DNA from: Macrostomum lignano
Lineage: Eukaryota
Direction: 5' to 3'
Length of the DNA: 64,000 nt
Assembly (NCBI GenBank): GCA_002269645.1
Contig: NIVC01000323.1
Span: 248,001-312,000, forward strand
This document shows, piece by piece, positions 1 through 20,500 of this stretch (position 1 is its first letter; each line of letters opens with the position of its first letter). A program made the translations under genes and the position numbers. Below the pieces are notes generated by a model. That model saw only the letters and a program-made list of their open reading frames with translations. It had not been told where the DNA came from and searched no databases.

Positions 1-867
1 GATTCTATCTTGGATGATTCTATCTTGGGTGATTCTATTATGGGTGATTCTATTATGGGTGATTCTATCTTGGGTGATTCTATCTTGGGTGATTCTATCT
101 TGGGTGATTCTATCTTGGGGGATTCTATCTTGGGTGATTCTATCTTGGGTGATTCTATCTTGGGTGATTCTATCTTGGGGGATTCTATCTTGGGTGATTC
201 TATCTTGGGTGATTCTATCTTGGGTGATTCTATTTTGGGTGATTCTATCTTGAATGATTCTATTATGGGTGATTCTATCTTGGGGGATTCTATCTTGGGT
301 GATTCTATCTTGGGTGATTCTATTTTGGGTGATTCTATCTTGAATGATTCTATTATGGGTGATTCTATCTTGGGTGATTCTATCTTGGGTGATTCTATCT
401 TGGGTGATTCTATCTTGGGTGATTCTATCTTGAATGATTCTATTATGGGTGATTCTATCTTGGGGGATTCTATCTTGGGTGATTCTATCTTGGGTGATTC
501 TATCTTGGGTGATTCTATTATGGGTGATTCTATCTTGGGTGATTCTATTATGGGTGATTCTATCTTGGGTGATTCTATCTTGGGTGATTCTATCTTGGGT
601 GATTCTATCTTGGGTGATTCTATCTTGGGTGATTCTATCTTGAATGATTCTATTATGGGTGATTCTATCTTGGGTGATTCTATTATGGGTGATTCTATCT
701 TGGGTGATTCTATCTTGGGTGATTCTATCTTGGATAATTCTATCTTGAGTATATCTACCTTGGGTGATTCTATTATGGGTGATTCTATCTTGGATGATTC
801 TTTCTTGGGTGATTCTATCTCGGATAATTCTATCTTGAGTATATCTATCTTGGGTAATCTGAATTGA
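1..867. repeat. 15-bp minisatellite (GATTCTATCTTGGGT)n, truncated by window start
   Basis: Direct tandem units; the DSILG-repeat ORF is an artefact. Confidence 0.97.
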
Positions 868-2077
868 CTATCTATTCTGTACTTCTATTCACTCGAGCGG
901 GTAAATTATATGAAATAGAAATTTTTCCTACCTAGAAGAAGCACCGCTCATGGAATATAATGGAGGCGGTAGTGGATATTAAAAAAAGATGGGAGATTTC
1001 TCTGTCCCACTGATGGACTTAAAATCGCTGGAGAGGCTTCGGAGAACCTTGAAAAAAGCCGTTGCGGTTGAGCGGATTCGTGGCGCTGAGGAAACTCCTG
1101 CAGACCCGGCCCGAGTGCGTGCGCCCTAATTATCGAGGCCAGAAGCTCCAGCTAAAAATTTTTGGAATTCCTTTGGGATTTTGAATAAAAAAATCAATGA
1201 GTACATTAAGAAGAGCCGTGAAAGCATTTAGATGTAACTGCGGTCACAATTAGGACGCTCCTTGGTTATTCACTAGCTAGATATAATGTCTACGCATACT
1301 TTTTTTCCTATTACGGAAGCGTCTTTTCGATACATATCGTACGGTAATAATTCTACTAAATTTCAAGTAAGTGATGAGGTAAATTTCAAACAATACTAAA
1401 AGTGTGTTACTGGGAATAAAACTTGACAGTTTCTGCCACCTTTTTGGGGTGTCTTTGTAACTCGGAAAAGATTATTAGTCTCAATCGGGACTCGAGCTTG
1501 CGACCTTTAGAACGATTCTATCGATTCACTTTAGTTTTGTTTATTTTTACTAAAAGAGATTTTACTTTAATATTTGTTTTCACTAAATGATATAAATTAG
1601 TATCAGATAACAATTTTACTAATGAAATTTGGCAACATGGCAGGTGGCCCTAGTATGTACTTTTATGTACAGAGTCTGCTTTTTCACAGAAACTGTATCA
1701 AAAGAAGATGTTGAAAGCTGATCAAGTCAGTTAGTCAGTTACAGTCCTTTGAGGCTTCATGCTGTAAAGCTAAGCAAGTTTTCTTGGCTGGGAGCGGCTG
1801 GCGACAACAGTCTACCCTGTATCTTTGTTATAATCTGCTTGGCTCTTTGCTCTCAGTCACACCGCCCCACCGGCCCTCTCAGTGTTTTGCGCGAAGCTCT
1901 GACAAGAGTCTTCATAATTCTAGTTAGCAGCTCCTTTTAAGGCAACTGCTGGGGTGCACCTGTTGTTGAGTTTGCGTTTCTGATTGTAGAATTATCATGT
2001 TAGCAGTGTCCTAGCTTAATGTTACCGGTAACCTTATTGGGGCTTACCTAGGATTTAAGGTTACAAATCTCCCTTCT

Positions 2078-2945
2078 CTCCCTGTCTCCCTGTCTCCCTG
2101 TCTCCCTGTCTCCCTGTCTGCCTGTCTCCCTGTCTCCATGTCTGCCTGTCTGCCTGTCTCCCTGTCTCCCTGTCTCCCTGTCTCCGTGTCTCCCTGTCTC
2201 CGTGTCTCCCTGTCTCCCTGTCTCCGTGTCTCCCTGTCTGCCTGTCTCCCTGTCTCCCTGTCTCCCTGTCTCCCTGTCTCCCTGTCTCCCTGTCTCCGTG
2301 TCTCCCTGTCTCCCTGTCTCCCTGTCTCCGTGTCTCCCTGTCTCCGTGTCTCCCTGTCTCCGTGTCTCCCTCTCTGCCTGTCTCCCTGTCTCCCTGTCTC
2401 CCTGTCTCCCTGTCTCCCTGTCTCCCTGTCTCCCTGTCTCCCTGTCTCCCTGTCTCCGTGTCTCCGTGTCTCCTTGTCTCCCTGTCTGCCTGTCTGCCTG
2501 TCTCCCTGTCTCCCTGTCTGCCTGTCTGCCTGTCTCCCTGTCTCCCTGTCTCCCTGTCTCCCTGTCCCCGTGTCTCCCTGTCTGCCTGTCTCCCTGTCTC
2601 CCTGTCTGCCTGTCTCCCTGTCTCCCTGTCTGCCTGTCTCCCTCTCTCACTGTCTGCCTGTCTCCCTGTCTCCCTGTCTGCCTGTCTCCCTGTCTGCCTG
2701 TCTCCCTGTCTCCCTGTCTGCCTGTCTCCCTGTCTCCCTGTCTCCCTGTCTGCCTGTCTCCCTGTCTCCCTGTCTGCCTGTCTCCCTGTCTCCCTGTCTC
2801 CCTGTCTCCCTCTCTCCCTGTCTGCCTGTCTCCCTCTCTCACTGTCTGCCTGTCTCCCTCTCTCACTGTCTGCCTGTCTCCCTGTCTCCCTGTCTGCCTG
2901 TCTCCCTCTCTCACTGTCTGCCTGTCTCCCTGTCTCCCTGTCTCC
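2078..2945. repeat. 8-bp satellite (CTCCCTGT)n
   Basis: Tandem units with CTGCCTGT/CTCCGTGT variants. Confidence 0.97.
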
Positions 2946-3514
2946 TAGTTCACAGGGTGTTGCGCCAGGATGCTCACAGCCCGTCCGAATATCCACCCAT
3001 CCATCTATCTGTCTGTTGATCTTTAATCTCTAAAGATGCATGTGAATAGCGATTTTAGCAATGCTGGCCAGCATATGGAATCGATTAACAGCAGAGAAGC
3101 TGCATCATGCACGCAGACTCCCAGCAGCTGATCAGAAGAAAAATGTCCTCAAGGCCTGCTGGGTGGGGAATGCTGCATGCTTTGATTTATGATTATATGA
3201 TAGCTTCACGGACAGCTTTCACACCCGAAGGCAATTGGGCCCCCGAAAGACACAGCTTTTTGATGATGGCGCTCAATGCTTTTGGCAACAAACGGAGCTG
3301 GGGGGAGTGGAGAGCGGGGGTTGTTATCTGTGCGGTCTGTGCGTCGATGGATTGGGGATTTCGGGAGAAAAATGAAAAATGGGAAAGATGAAGGGTGCAG
3401 AAAAATAGATTGATGGGACTGGAGGGAGGAGGGCGGTTGATAAAGATGCACATGAGAAGGTAAATTGGGATTGAGATATATTAGTGTGGATGCAGCATGG
3501 GAAGGGGTGGAGAG

Positions 3515-3965
3515 TAGGACAGGGAGACAAAGAGACAGGGAGACAGGGAGACAGGGAGACAGTGAGAGGGAGACAGTGAGAGGGAGACAGTGAGACAGGC
3601 AGACTGGGAGACAGGGAGGCAGGGAGACATAGAGACAAGGAGACAGGGAGACAGGGAGACAGGGAGGCAGGGAGACAGAGACAGGGAGACAGGGAGACAG
3701 GGAGACAGGGAGACAGGGAGACAGGGAGACAGGGAGGCAGGGAGACAGGGAGACAGGGAGACAGGGAGACAGGCAGAGAGGGAGACAGGGAGACAGGCAG
3801 AGAGGGAGACAGGGAGACAGGGAGACAGGGAGGCAGGGAGACAGAGACAGGGAGACAGGGAGACAGGCAGAGAGGGAGACAGGGAGACAGGCAGAGAGGG
3901 AGACAGGGAGACAGGCAGAGAGGGAGACAGGCAGACAGGCAGAGAGGGAGACAGGGAGACAGGGA
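3515..3965. repeat. 8-bp satellite (GAGACAGG)n, inverted relative to 2078-2945
   Basis: Reverse complement of the preceding array unit. Confidence 0.95.
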
Positions 3966-4269
3966 GAAGAGAGGCCAATTTTCGTGCACAAGCACCAAAT
4001 GAATGTTGCGACCAACGAACTCAAACCACTTGTCGTGGCGCGAGATTCAGACGCGTATACCGCTGAGCTGCTCTGCTTCAATAATATCCCTATATTTCTA
4101 CTTAAAGTAGGATTGTTAGAAATCCGTCAAAAAATTAAAAAAATCATTGTTAAAAAAAGAAATAAAAGAATGCAAAGGTACTTACTTACTTACTACTGAC
4201 GGGGGGCGCAGGCGCCGCGAATAGGCCGCGAGGCCCCTATCGCAACCCCAAGGTAAAAGAGCACAAGGA

Positions 4270-8983
<4,714 letters not shown>

Positions 8984-9719
8984 CTATGATCTCAATGTTT
9001 GAGCACAGGTTGCCTTTTCCAATTTTCTTCTGTCTAATCTCTGCGGCAAAAAATAGGAAAAGTTAGGCATGCATTTTTCTGGTAAATCCAAGCCGGTAGA
9101 TTCGTATGACTCATTGTAGCATCTTATGACTCATTCTAGTATTCTATGACTCAATTTAGCATCTTGTGACTCATTTAAGAATGTTTTATTACTTTTTTAC
9201 ATCTATTAACTCATTCTACTCGTAGCTTCTTATGACTCATTCGCGTAGGAATCGCGAAATGTATCACGAACTTAATAAACATGACAGTGTACTTTTCCAT
9301 ACTTCTATGAGCTCATGCACTGATGCACATGCGGCCCATATGCTGCTTTTCAGATTGAATAATGAAGGAAGTCAAGCATTACACTGTTTGAGCGTTTGGT
9401 TCGTTAGTCAGTCAGCAGGTATTTGATCCCAGTAAAGAAAGAGCCCCTGCTTGAGTGGCAACTAACCAAAAGCGCAGAAAGGGGGAACACAGCCGTTTGT
9501 GGATCGTGAGAGGAAAAGTGCGAGCGAAAATGAAGCTGGGTCAGCATCTCTGCTTGCTTAAGCTATTCAGGGAATCTTCATCATGCTATGGGTATTATAC
9601 ATGAGTGCACAGTGTGTTTTTATCTTTATAATATTCATATTTGGGATAAAAACATAGGTGAGAGAACGATGAGGAATAGGAGACATTGTGAGCGAAGAGA
9701 GGGTGAAACTTAGACGATG

Positions 9720-10530
9720 TAGAGAGGGTGAGGTAGGGAGGGTAGAGAGGGTGGGACAGGGGGGTAGAGAGGGTGACACATGGATGGTAGAAGGAGACAG
9801 AGAGGGTAGAGGGAGGGTAGAGAGGGTAGAGGGAGGGTAGAGAGAGTAACACGGGAAGGGTAGAGAGGGAGACACGGGGAGGGTAAAGAGGATGAGACAC
9901 TGAGGGTGAGACAGGGAGGGTAGGGATGGTGACACAGGGAGGGTAGAGAGGGTGGCACAGGGAGGGTAGGGAGGGTGACACAGGGAGGGTAGGGAGGATG
10001 ACACAGGGAGGGTAGAGAGGGTGACACAGGGAGGGTAGAGAGAGTGACATAGGGAGGGTAGAGAGGGTGACACAGGGAGGGTAGAGAGGGTGACACAGGG
10101 AGGGTAGAGAGAGTGACATAGGGAGGGTAGAGAGGGTGACACAGAGAGAGTAGGGAGGGTGACACAGAGAGGGTAGGGAGGGTGACACAGGGAGGGTAGG
10201 GAGGGTGACACAGGGAGGGTAGGGAGGATGACACAGGGAGGGTAGAGAGGGTGACACAGGGAGGGTAGAGAGGGTGACACAGGGAGGGTAGGGAGGGTGA
10301 CACAGAGAGGGTAGGGAGGGTGACACAGGGAGGGTAGGGAGGGTGACACAGGGAGGGTAGGGAGGATGACACAGGGAAGGTAGAGAGGGTGACACAGGGA
10401 GGGTAGAGAGGGTGACACAGGGAGGGTAGAGAGGGTGACACAGGGAGGGTAGGGAGGGTGACACAGGGAGGGTAGAGAGGGTGACACAGAGAGGGTAGGG
10501 ATGATGACACAGGGAGGGTGACACGGGATG
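9720..10530. repeat. Purine-rich 22-24-bp minisatellite (GAGGGTGACACAGGGAGGGTAGA-like)
   Basis: Tandem units. Confidence 0.93.
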
Positions 10531-11289
10531 GGTGAGCACAGAGGTAGCAGAGAGGAGAAACACAAGCAAGGTAAGAAATTTGACAAGCGCGGAACAGATA
10601 GCAGAGAAAGGAGGAGAAAAGGAGGATGTTCACCCCAGACTGGCTAGAAGATTGATGCCGCCCCATTTTTTACGTGACTTTCTGCAGCTGCACATCGGGA
10701 AGGGGGGGGGCTCGACTGAGAGGCGAATTGATGTCCTGGATTCACTACCGCTTCATAAGGCTGTTCGGTTCCTATAGTGAACTGACATTTCTATAACCAT
10801 ATCTTAGTAGTTGCTGGTAGGTGGTAAACCTGGGGATGAAGCTGACTGATAAACTTGTAGCTTTGATCCTCTCGGATCCCTCTTTTTATTTATCTCCCAT
10901 GCGGAAATGGGGACAAGCGACAATATCTGTTGCTATGCCAGGTGCGTGACATGTAGAAATCTACATACGGGATGTTATCTCTACAGTGCAAAACAAGCCG
11001 AGATCTCTGTGTACTTTTCCAATTCCAGCTGTTTGGCAACGCTAAACTCCTACTCTTATGTGCGTATTGAAGAAATTTCTGATAAAATGAAGGAATCCCA
11101 GGTGCACTTACAATTTTAAGTTTGTCAGCAATAGTCAACGTGCTGTGGGTGAAATATCGTCAGTGGCATGTTGCCTTCATCCTCAAAGCATTCGTATTTG
11201 CGATACTGGAAGATAGGTGCCAGCTAGCAGAACAAAATATGACTTGGCGAGAGAAGAAACACTGCAATGAGACTGTGGGTAAGAGAGGA

Positions 11290-11790
11290 TGATACAGAGA
11301 GGGTACAGAGATGGTGAGTCAGGGAGGGTACAGAGATGGTGAGTCAGGGAGGGTATAGAGAGGGTGAGTCAGGGAGGGTATAGAGAGGGTGAGATAGGGA
11401 GGGTACAGAGAGGGTGAGGCATTGAAGGTATAGAGAGGGTGAGTCAGGGAGGGTATAGAGAGGGTGAGTCAGGGAGGGTATAGAGAGGGTGAGATAGGGA
11501 GGGTACAGAGAGGGTGAGGCATGGAGGGTATAGAGACGGTGAGACAGGGAGGGTACAGAGACGGTGAGACATTAAGGGGATAGAGAGGGTGAGGCATGGA
11601 GGGTATAGAGAGGGTGAGGCATGGAGGGTATAGACAGGGTAGTCAGGGAGGGTACAGAGACGGTGAGACAGGGAGGGTACAGAGACGGTGAGACATTAAG
11701 GGGATAGAGAGGGTGAGGCATGGAGGGTATAGAGAGGGTGAGGCATGGAGGGTAAAGACAGGGTAGTCAGGGAGGGTAGAGAGGGTGAGA
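11290..11790. repeat. Related 24-bp minisatellite (GAGGGTGAGTCAGGGAGGGTATAG-like)
   Basis: Tandem units, same orientation as 9720-10530. Confidence 0.9.
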
Positions 11791-12451
11791 AGAAAAAATT
11801 ATAAGAGTTTTATTGAAGAGAGTATTAACTCTCAATCTACAGTCCTATTGTCTATTGATTTTGCAATGATTTGATTTTTTTCAATAGCGCTAAATGGGTT
11901 TTAGCCATAGACTAATCCGGTCAGAGTAGAATCCTTGCTAGGAAAAAGTACCCTAGGGAGACAGAAGCGGATGAATATTCTCTGGAACTTTGCTTGCCTC
12001 GCAATCTTCGGTAGAAAACATCTTTCTGTTTATCAAATTTTCAATTTTCAAATCTATCAATAAATGCATAGTTTCTATAAACTTTATTAAAGAAAGAAAC
12101 TCCCATTCTCTGGAGAAAATGTGCAGCAAAAAGTACAGCCTACTAGCAAGTCAACTCTTAAAGCATTAACGCACGAGGCATCAGCCTTAGCATCTCCAGA
12201 TATTCCCACGCTAAAAACTGCAAAGCTTATTGTGCATGGCGTGAAGCAGATCTGGTGCCGCATCAAGATGCTGAGCTCATTTATTCAGCTTCTAAGCGGC
12301 CGCCTTCATCCATCTCGCTTAAGTACGAATAAAAGTGCATTGTTAGGCAGCCCAGCTCGGGTACTGAAGCTGCATCTGAGGCGCTCGGTGCACACGCTCC
12401 AGTTCTGAAGTGATGCAGCTGGTTGAGAAAACGGGGCTGCATTGTTTTTCT

Positions 12452-13380
<929 letters not shown>

Positions 13381-14078
13381 ACGGTACCCAGGAACAGGCG
13401 GACAGGTGTCCATCCAACTGCCAATCCAACTGAGGACGGCAAAAGCCCACTGCGATTAAATCTGTGGCAATAAGAGCTGCACTTGAAAGCAGGTATAGAT
13501 CGTATACAGTACACTGTAGGTGATCACTGAATCACTGTCAAGTGAAGCTGCCTGCAGGCCTCCCCACCAGCAACAAACCCTAAATAAAACGAATAGCGAC
13601 GGCCTTGAAAACTGGGTATATTTTCGACTTTTACGTATTCTAAATGGCCTTATGTGCGTTGCTTTTATTTGAAACAGGCGCTCTGTGTAGCAGAAGCCGC
13701 CGCCACTCTCTCCTCTTGCTAGAGAGGGGTTTGGAGAGGGTGGGGTGCGGCTACCCGGGGTTGGTCCTGAAGTGCAGCGCAGTCATGCACCCTCTCAGCC
13801 TCCGCAGATGCCAGCCACTGTTCAGATAAAAACTGAGAGGTAGAGGGAAAGACAGAGAGGTCAAGTTGAAACCAAAACACACGCACGCAGCAGCAGCTAT
13901 ATGATAACTGATCAAAATTTCCTGGAACAGAAGCATTCACTGGCTGTAGGCCGTCACAGCCAATCAAGACAAGTCGCGACACGGAGAGAGTCTCATTATT
14001 TAAGACGATCTGAGCAGCTGGAAGCATCTGTCACAATTTTTGTTTGAAAAGAAAATTAAAAAAAAAAAGAAAATCTTC

Positions 14079-14476
14079 ATGCTACATCTACAAGCAGATA
14101 ACAGGCTCAGGTTGTCAATCGTGACTGCATGGCAAATAATTATAGTAATTAGCCTGGGGCGCCAGGCCGTCCAGAGTCAGGCCTCGATGGCAGCGTTGAA
14201 GCAGCCGCTGCCATACCGCCTGCTGTGTCTGCTGCCCAATCAGTCTAATTATCAGTTCGACATGCGGTACATCCTGCCGAGCCAGAGCCTGATCAACGCC
14301 GAGCTGACGAAGCGTGGCCTGGCAGACCAGTTCAGCATCAACATCAGCTTTGAGGCGTCCACCTGCTCCAACCTGGCAGCTGTGCCTGCGATGCAGTACT
14401 ATTATTCTGGCTGGGTTGACGGCTTTGTTGGCCTGCCGTGTCCCGAGAGCTGCAGCCAGGTGGTGCAGTACTCCAA
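14079..14476 (+). CDS. Receptor guanylyl cyclase variable cassette A, exon A1 (putative signal peptide + start of ANF-receptor ligand-binding domain)
   Basis: Hydrophobic N-terminus; LLCLLP; WVDGFVGLPC resembles the NPR hhGPxC motif; ends AA|gtgagt (phase 2). Confidence 0.8.
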
Positions 14477-14497
14477 GTGAGTCTGTTTATCTACCTT

Positions 14498-16457
<1,960 letters not shown>

Positions 16458-16759
16458 GCCTTTTAATTGCTTACTGTGTTACAATTTTTATTATCAAAGA
16501 CTTAGGATCTGGTAATCTCTAGAGAGAACCAGGCTTTTGCACTTTTCTCTGCGTGCCAATTTTTGTATGAAAAATTACCTACATCAAACAAGTGTTAATT
16601 TAACGTAGGAATCCATTAAATTCATGATTAATTTGAGCTCTCAGCTTCTCTGCTTGACGACTTGAAATGAAACAGAAATCTGTTTTTTATTTTTGTTAAA
16701 AAATCTGTTTGCTTGACAGGGCTTGGTAAATTTGCTGGCTAATGATTAAAGTGTCATGG

Positions 16760-17610
16760 GTTGGCGTGTTGGGGGGTTGGCATGTTGGGCAGTTGGCGTT
16801 TTTGTGGGGTTGGTCTATTACGGTTGGCTTAATGTTTGGGGGGTTGTAATCCAGGTTTGTTTAGCTGGGGAGTTGGTTTGTTAGGGCGTGGTTTGTTGGG
16901 GGGTTGGCGTGTTTGGGGGTTGGCGTGTTTGGGGTTGGCGTGTTGGGGGGTTGTCGTGTTGGGGGGGTTGGCGTGTTTGGGGTTGTCGTGTTGAGGGGTT
17001 GTCGTGTTGGGGGTTGGCGTGTTTGGAGGTTGGCGTCTTGGGGGGTTGGCGTGTTTGGAGGTTGGCGTGTTGGGGGGTTGGCGTGTTTGGGGGTTGGCGT
17101 GTTGGGGGGTTGTCGTGTTGGGGGGTTGTCGTGTTGGGGGTTGTCGTGTTGGGGGTTGTCGTGTTGGGGGTTGGCGTGTTGGGGGTTATCGTGTTGGGGG
17201 TTGGCGTGTTGGGGGTTATCGTGTTGGGGGGTTGGCGTGTTGGGGGTTATCGTGTTGGGGGGTTGGCGTGTTGGGGGTTATCGTGTTGGGGGGTTGGCGT
17301 GTTGGGGGTTGTTGTGTTGGGGGTTGTCGTGTTGGGGGGTTGTCGTGTTGGGGGGTTGGCGTGTTGGGGGTTATCGTGTTGGGGGTTGGCGTGTTGGGGG
17401 TTATCGTGTTGGGGGTTATCGTGTTGGGGGTTGTTGTGTTGGGGGGTTGTCGTGTTGGAGGGTTGTCGTGTTGGGGGGTTGGCGTGTTGGGGGGTTGGCG
17501 TGTTGGGGGGTTGTTGTGTTGGGGGTTGTCGTGTTGGGGGGTTGTCGTGTTGGGGGGTTGGCGTGTTGGGGGGTTATCGTGTTGGGGGGTTGGCGTGTTG
17601 GGGTGGTGGC
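16760..17610. repeat. G-rich 14-15-bp minisatellite (GGGGGTTGGCGTGTT-like)
   Basis: Tandem units with G4-G6 runs. Confidence 0.93.
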
Positions 17611-18424
17611 GTATTGAAGGGCTGGGAAATTGGCCGGCTGTGTATCGTGAATATTGAAACGCTGTCCTTTCTTTCCCAACTGCTGTCTTGCAAGTTAAAA
17701 ATCCTAAGATAGCAGGGTAGTGTAATATTTTGCACTGTTATCTGGACAAGCTCAGCTATTATTTACTGTGACTGTTGGTTCTCAGTGTTTGATGATAGCA
17801 TATGTTCTACTATACAAGCCATTAACGGAAAATGCACGCAATCTGGTATATTGATGGTCCGGTCGTGAATTAATTATGCTAATTAAATTTACATCCTGCC
17901 ATACGAATGCAAGGATGAAGAGACAGGGGATATTGTCTGATAGTTGAGTAAATGGATGGTCCAGGAAGAGGCGGAGTGGACGGGAGCTGAGGCTCTTCAG
18001 GCAGTAAGATGATAAAGAATAAGATACAAGAAGATATAAGATTAGGGATTTTTGGTTCTGCAGATAGGCCCAGACATACATGTACTGTTGCCTTAGTGTG
18101 TTTTTTCCCTGTCATTTATTCTAGTCTAAAATATAATAGATCAGTAAAAAGCACTTTTATAGACGGGGATTAGCATTTAGTCTGGCAGTAAATGATTTAA
18201 ATGCAAACCAGTAAAAGAAATCTTTGCAGTGTTTAGCCAAAAAAATAATAACTAGATTATCGATTGTGCGGCTTCGGTTGCCCTACTGAATTAGTGGGCT
18301 TTCTGACTGATTCAGTTCAAGAATTATTTTTGAGTGAGGAAGACTTACATGCAGAGTGAGACTTCACGCTGAGTTCTGATGGAGTTGCATATGGCAGAGC
18401 TCAAATTTTTTATGGGGTGGTCAG

Positions 18425-19150
18425 GTGAGATTTGATGGATGACGGTAGAGTGAGATTTGATGGATGACGGTAGAGTGAGATTTGATGGATGACGGTAGAG
18501 TGAGATTTGATGGGGTTGTAGAGTGAGATTTCATTGAGTTAGTAGAGTGAGATTTGATTGAGTTAGTAGAGTGAGATTTGATGGGGTTAGTAGAGTGAGA
18601 TTTGATGGGGTTAGTAGAGTGAGATTTGATGGGGTTCTAGAGTGAGATTTGATGGGGTTCTAGAGTGAGATTTGATTGAGTTAGTAGAGTGAGATTTGAT
18701 TGAGTTAGTAGAGTGAGATTTGATGGGGTTAGTAGAGTGAGATTTGATTGAGGTAGTAGAGTGAGATTTGATGGGGTTCTAGAGTGAGATTTGATGGGGT
18801 TCTAGAGTGAGATTTGATTGAGGTAGTAGAGTGAGATTTGATGGGGTTCTAGAGTGAGATTTGATGGGGTTCTAGAGTGAGATTTGATTGAGGTAGTAGA
18901 GTGAGATTTGATGGGGTTCTAGAGTGAGGTTTGATGGGGTTAGTAGAGTGAGATTTGATTGAGTTAGTAGAGTGAGATTTGATTGAGTTAGTAGAGTGAG
19001 ATTTGATGGGGTTAGTAGAGTGAGATTTGATTGAGTTAGTAGAGTGAGATTTGATTGAGTTAGTAGAGTGAGATTTGATTGAGTTAGTAGAGTGAGATTT
19101 GATTGAGTTAGTAGAATGAGATTTGATGGTGTTGTAGAGTGAGTATGATG
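18425..19150. repeat. 23-24-bp minisatellite (AGAGTGAGATTTGATGGGGTTAGT)
   Basis: Tandem units. Confidence 0.93.
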
Positions 19151-19318
19151 GGTTGATAGGTTGAGATTTAATAAGGTTTTAAAATGAGGTTTGATATTTT
19201 TTGTGTCGGTATTTCTACTTGTTTAGCAAGCGAGAGAGAGAGAGAGTGAGAGAGAGAGAGAGGTAGAGAGAGAGAGAAGAGAGGTCACGGCGTGTTTAAA
19301 AAATAATTAATTTAGTAT

Positions 19319-19358
19319 GGGCTACCGGTTTCGAGCCTCTGGGCTCTTCCTCAGGCCA
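19319..19358 (-). ncRNA. Minimal type I hammerhead ribozyme motif (Penelope/retrozyme type)
   Basis: Minus strand reads ggc-CUGAGGA-a-GAGCC(caga)GGCUC-GAAA-CCG-GUA-gcc: core boxes, 5-bp stem II, palindromic ACCGGU stem III, 3-bp stem I. Confidence 0.72.
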
Positions 19359-19439
19359 AAAATCATTTAATCTGTACTGTTTGCCACTAAGCCAGTTAAT
19401 AAAATTAAAAAAAGAAATTCATGGACACTTCTCCCGCAG

Positions 19440-19795
19440 TGCCATCTGGAACAAGCCGGTCGTGAGCATTGGTTCAGTTGAGTCGACATTCCGCGATCCA
19501 GAAAAAATTAAATATAGAAACAAGATTTTCGCCCGAGTCAGCTTCGATAGCGGCGAATTGATGCGCTCGATTCTGAAGCGAATCTTCATCACAAACAACT
19601 GGAGCAGGTTCTTCGGCTTGTACTCGTGGAACTATGGCTATACCAAGGACGGCTGCAGCCTGCTAATGATGGATTTGAACAAAGAATGGCAAGCCATGGG
19701 CAAGAAGGCTGAGTTCATGGACACCTACGGCGGCCGGTTCTCTGATCAGGACCTGCACACCGCTTTTACCGAGAAAATTGGCACAGATTATTCTG
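19440..19795 (+). CDS. Receptor guanylyl cyclase variable cassette A, exon A2
   Basis: ctcccgcag acceptor; AA+T gives Asn then AIWNKPVVSIG..FRDP..FARVS (ANF-receptor WNxPhh motif); ends TCT G|gtaaaa (phase 1). Confidence 0.8.
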
Positions 19796-20039
19796 GTAAA
19801 AGAAATCGATTTCGCAAGGCGCCGATATGTATCGAAATGAGGTTTTGTGGAGCAGAAATATTCTACTTAGATATGTTTCTAAGTGGGAGCATTTTCTAGT
19901 TAGTCTACTCCCAAGTAGTAAACTGAAAATATTGAAATAAAATCAGCAAAGAATCTGAAAATATCTAGTACGATAAACTGTCCCTGGATAAATAATTTGC
20001 TGTAGTTTGCAGAATTCACTGTTGTTTACTAAATTCACT

Positions 20040-20500
20040 ATAGTTTACCGAATCTACTAAAGTTTACAGAACTTACTGTAGTTTACAGAATTTACTGTAG
20101 TTTACAGAATTTACTGTAGTTTACAGATTTTACTGTAGTTTATAGAATTTACTGTAGTTTACAGAATTCACTGTAGTTTAAAGAATTTACTGTAGTTTAC
20201 AGAACTTACTGCAGTTTATAGAATTTGCTGTAGTTTATAGAATTTACTGTAGTTTACAGAACTTACTGTAGTTTACAGAATTTACTGTAGTTTATAGAAT
20301 TTACTGTAGATTACAGAATTTACTGTAGTTTACAGAATTCACTGTAGTTTACAGAATTTACTGTTGTTTACAGAATTTACCCTAGTTTACAGAATTTACT
20401 GTAGTTTACAGAACTTACTGTAGCTTACAGAATTTACTTTAGTTTACAGAATTTACTGTAGTTTACATAATTCACTGTAGTTTACAGAATTTACTATAGT
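20040..20500. repeat. 19-bp minisatellite (CTGTAGTTTACAGAATTTA)
   Basis: Tandem units. Confidence 0.93.

Noticed and set aside
10530-11280. Exon-like open frames between two satellites (one ends G|gtaaga at about 11278)
   Set aside because: No recognisable domain or acceptor; lengths attainable by chance
16760-17610. Interstitial telomere (TTGGGG-like)
   Set aside because: The unit is 14-15 bp with GCGTG/TCGTG interruptions, not a pure telomeric hexamer
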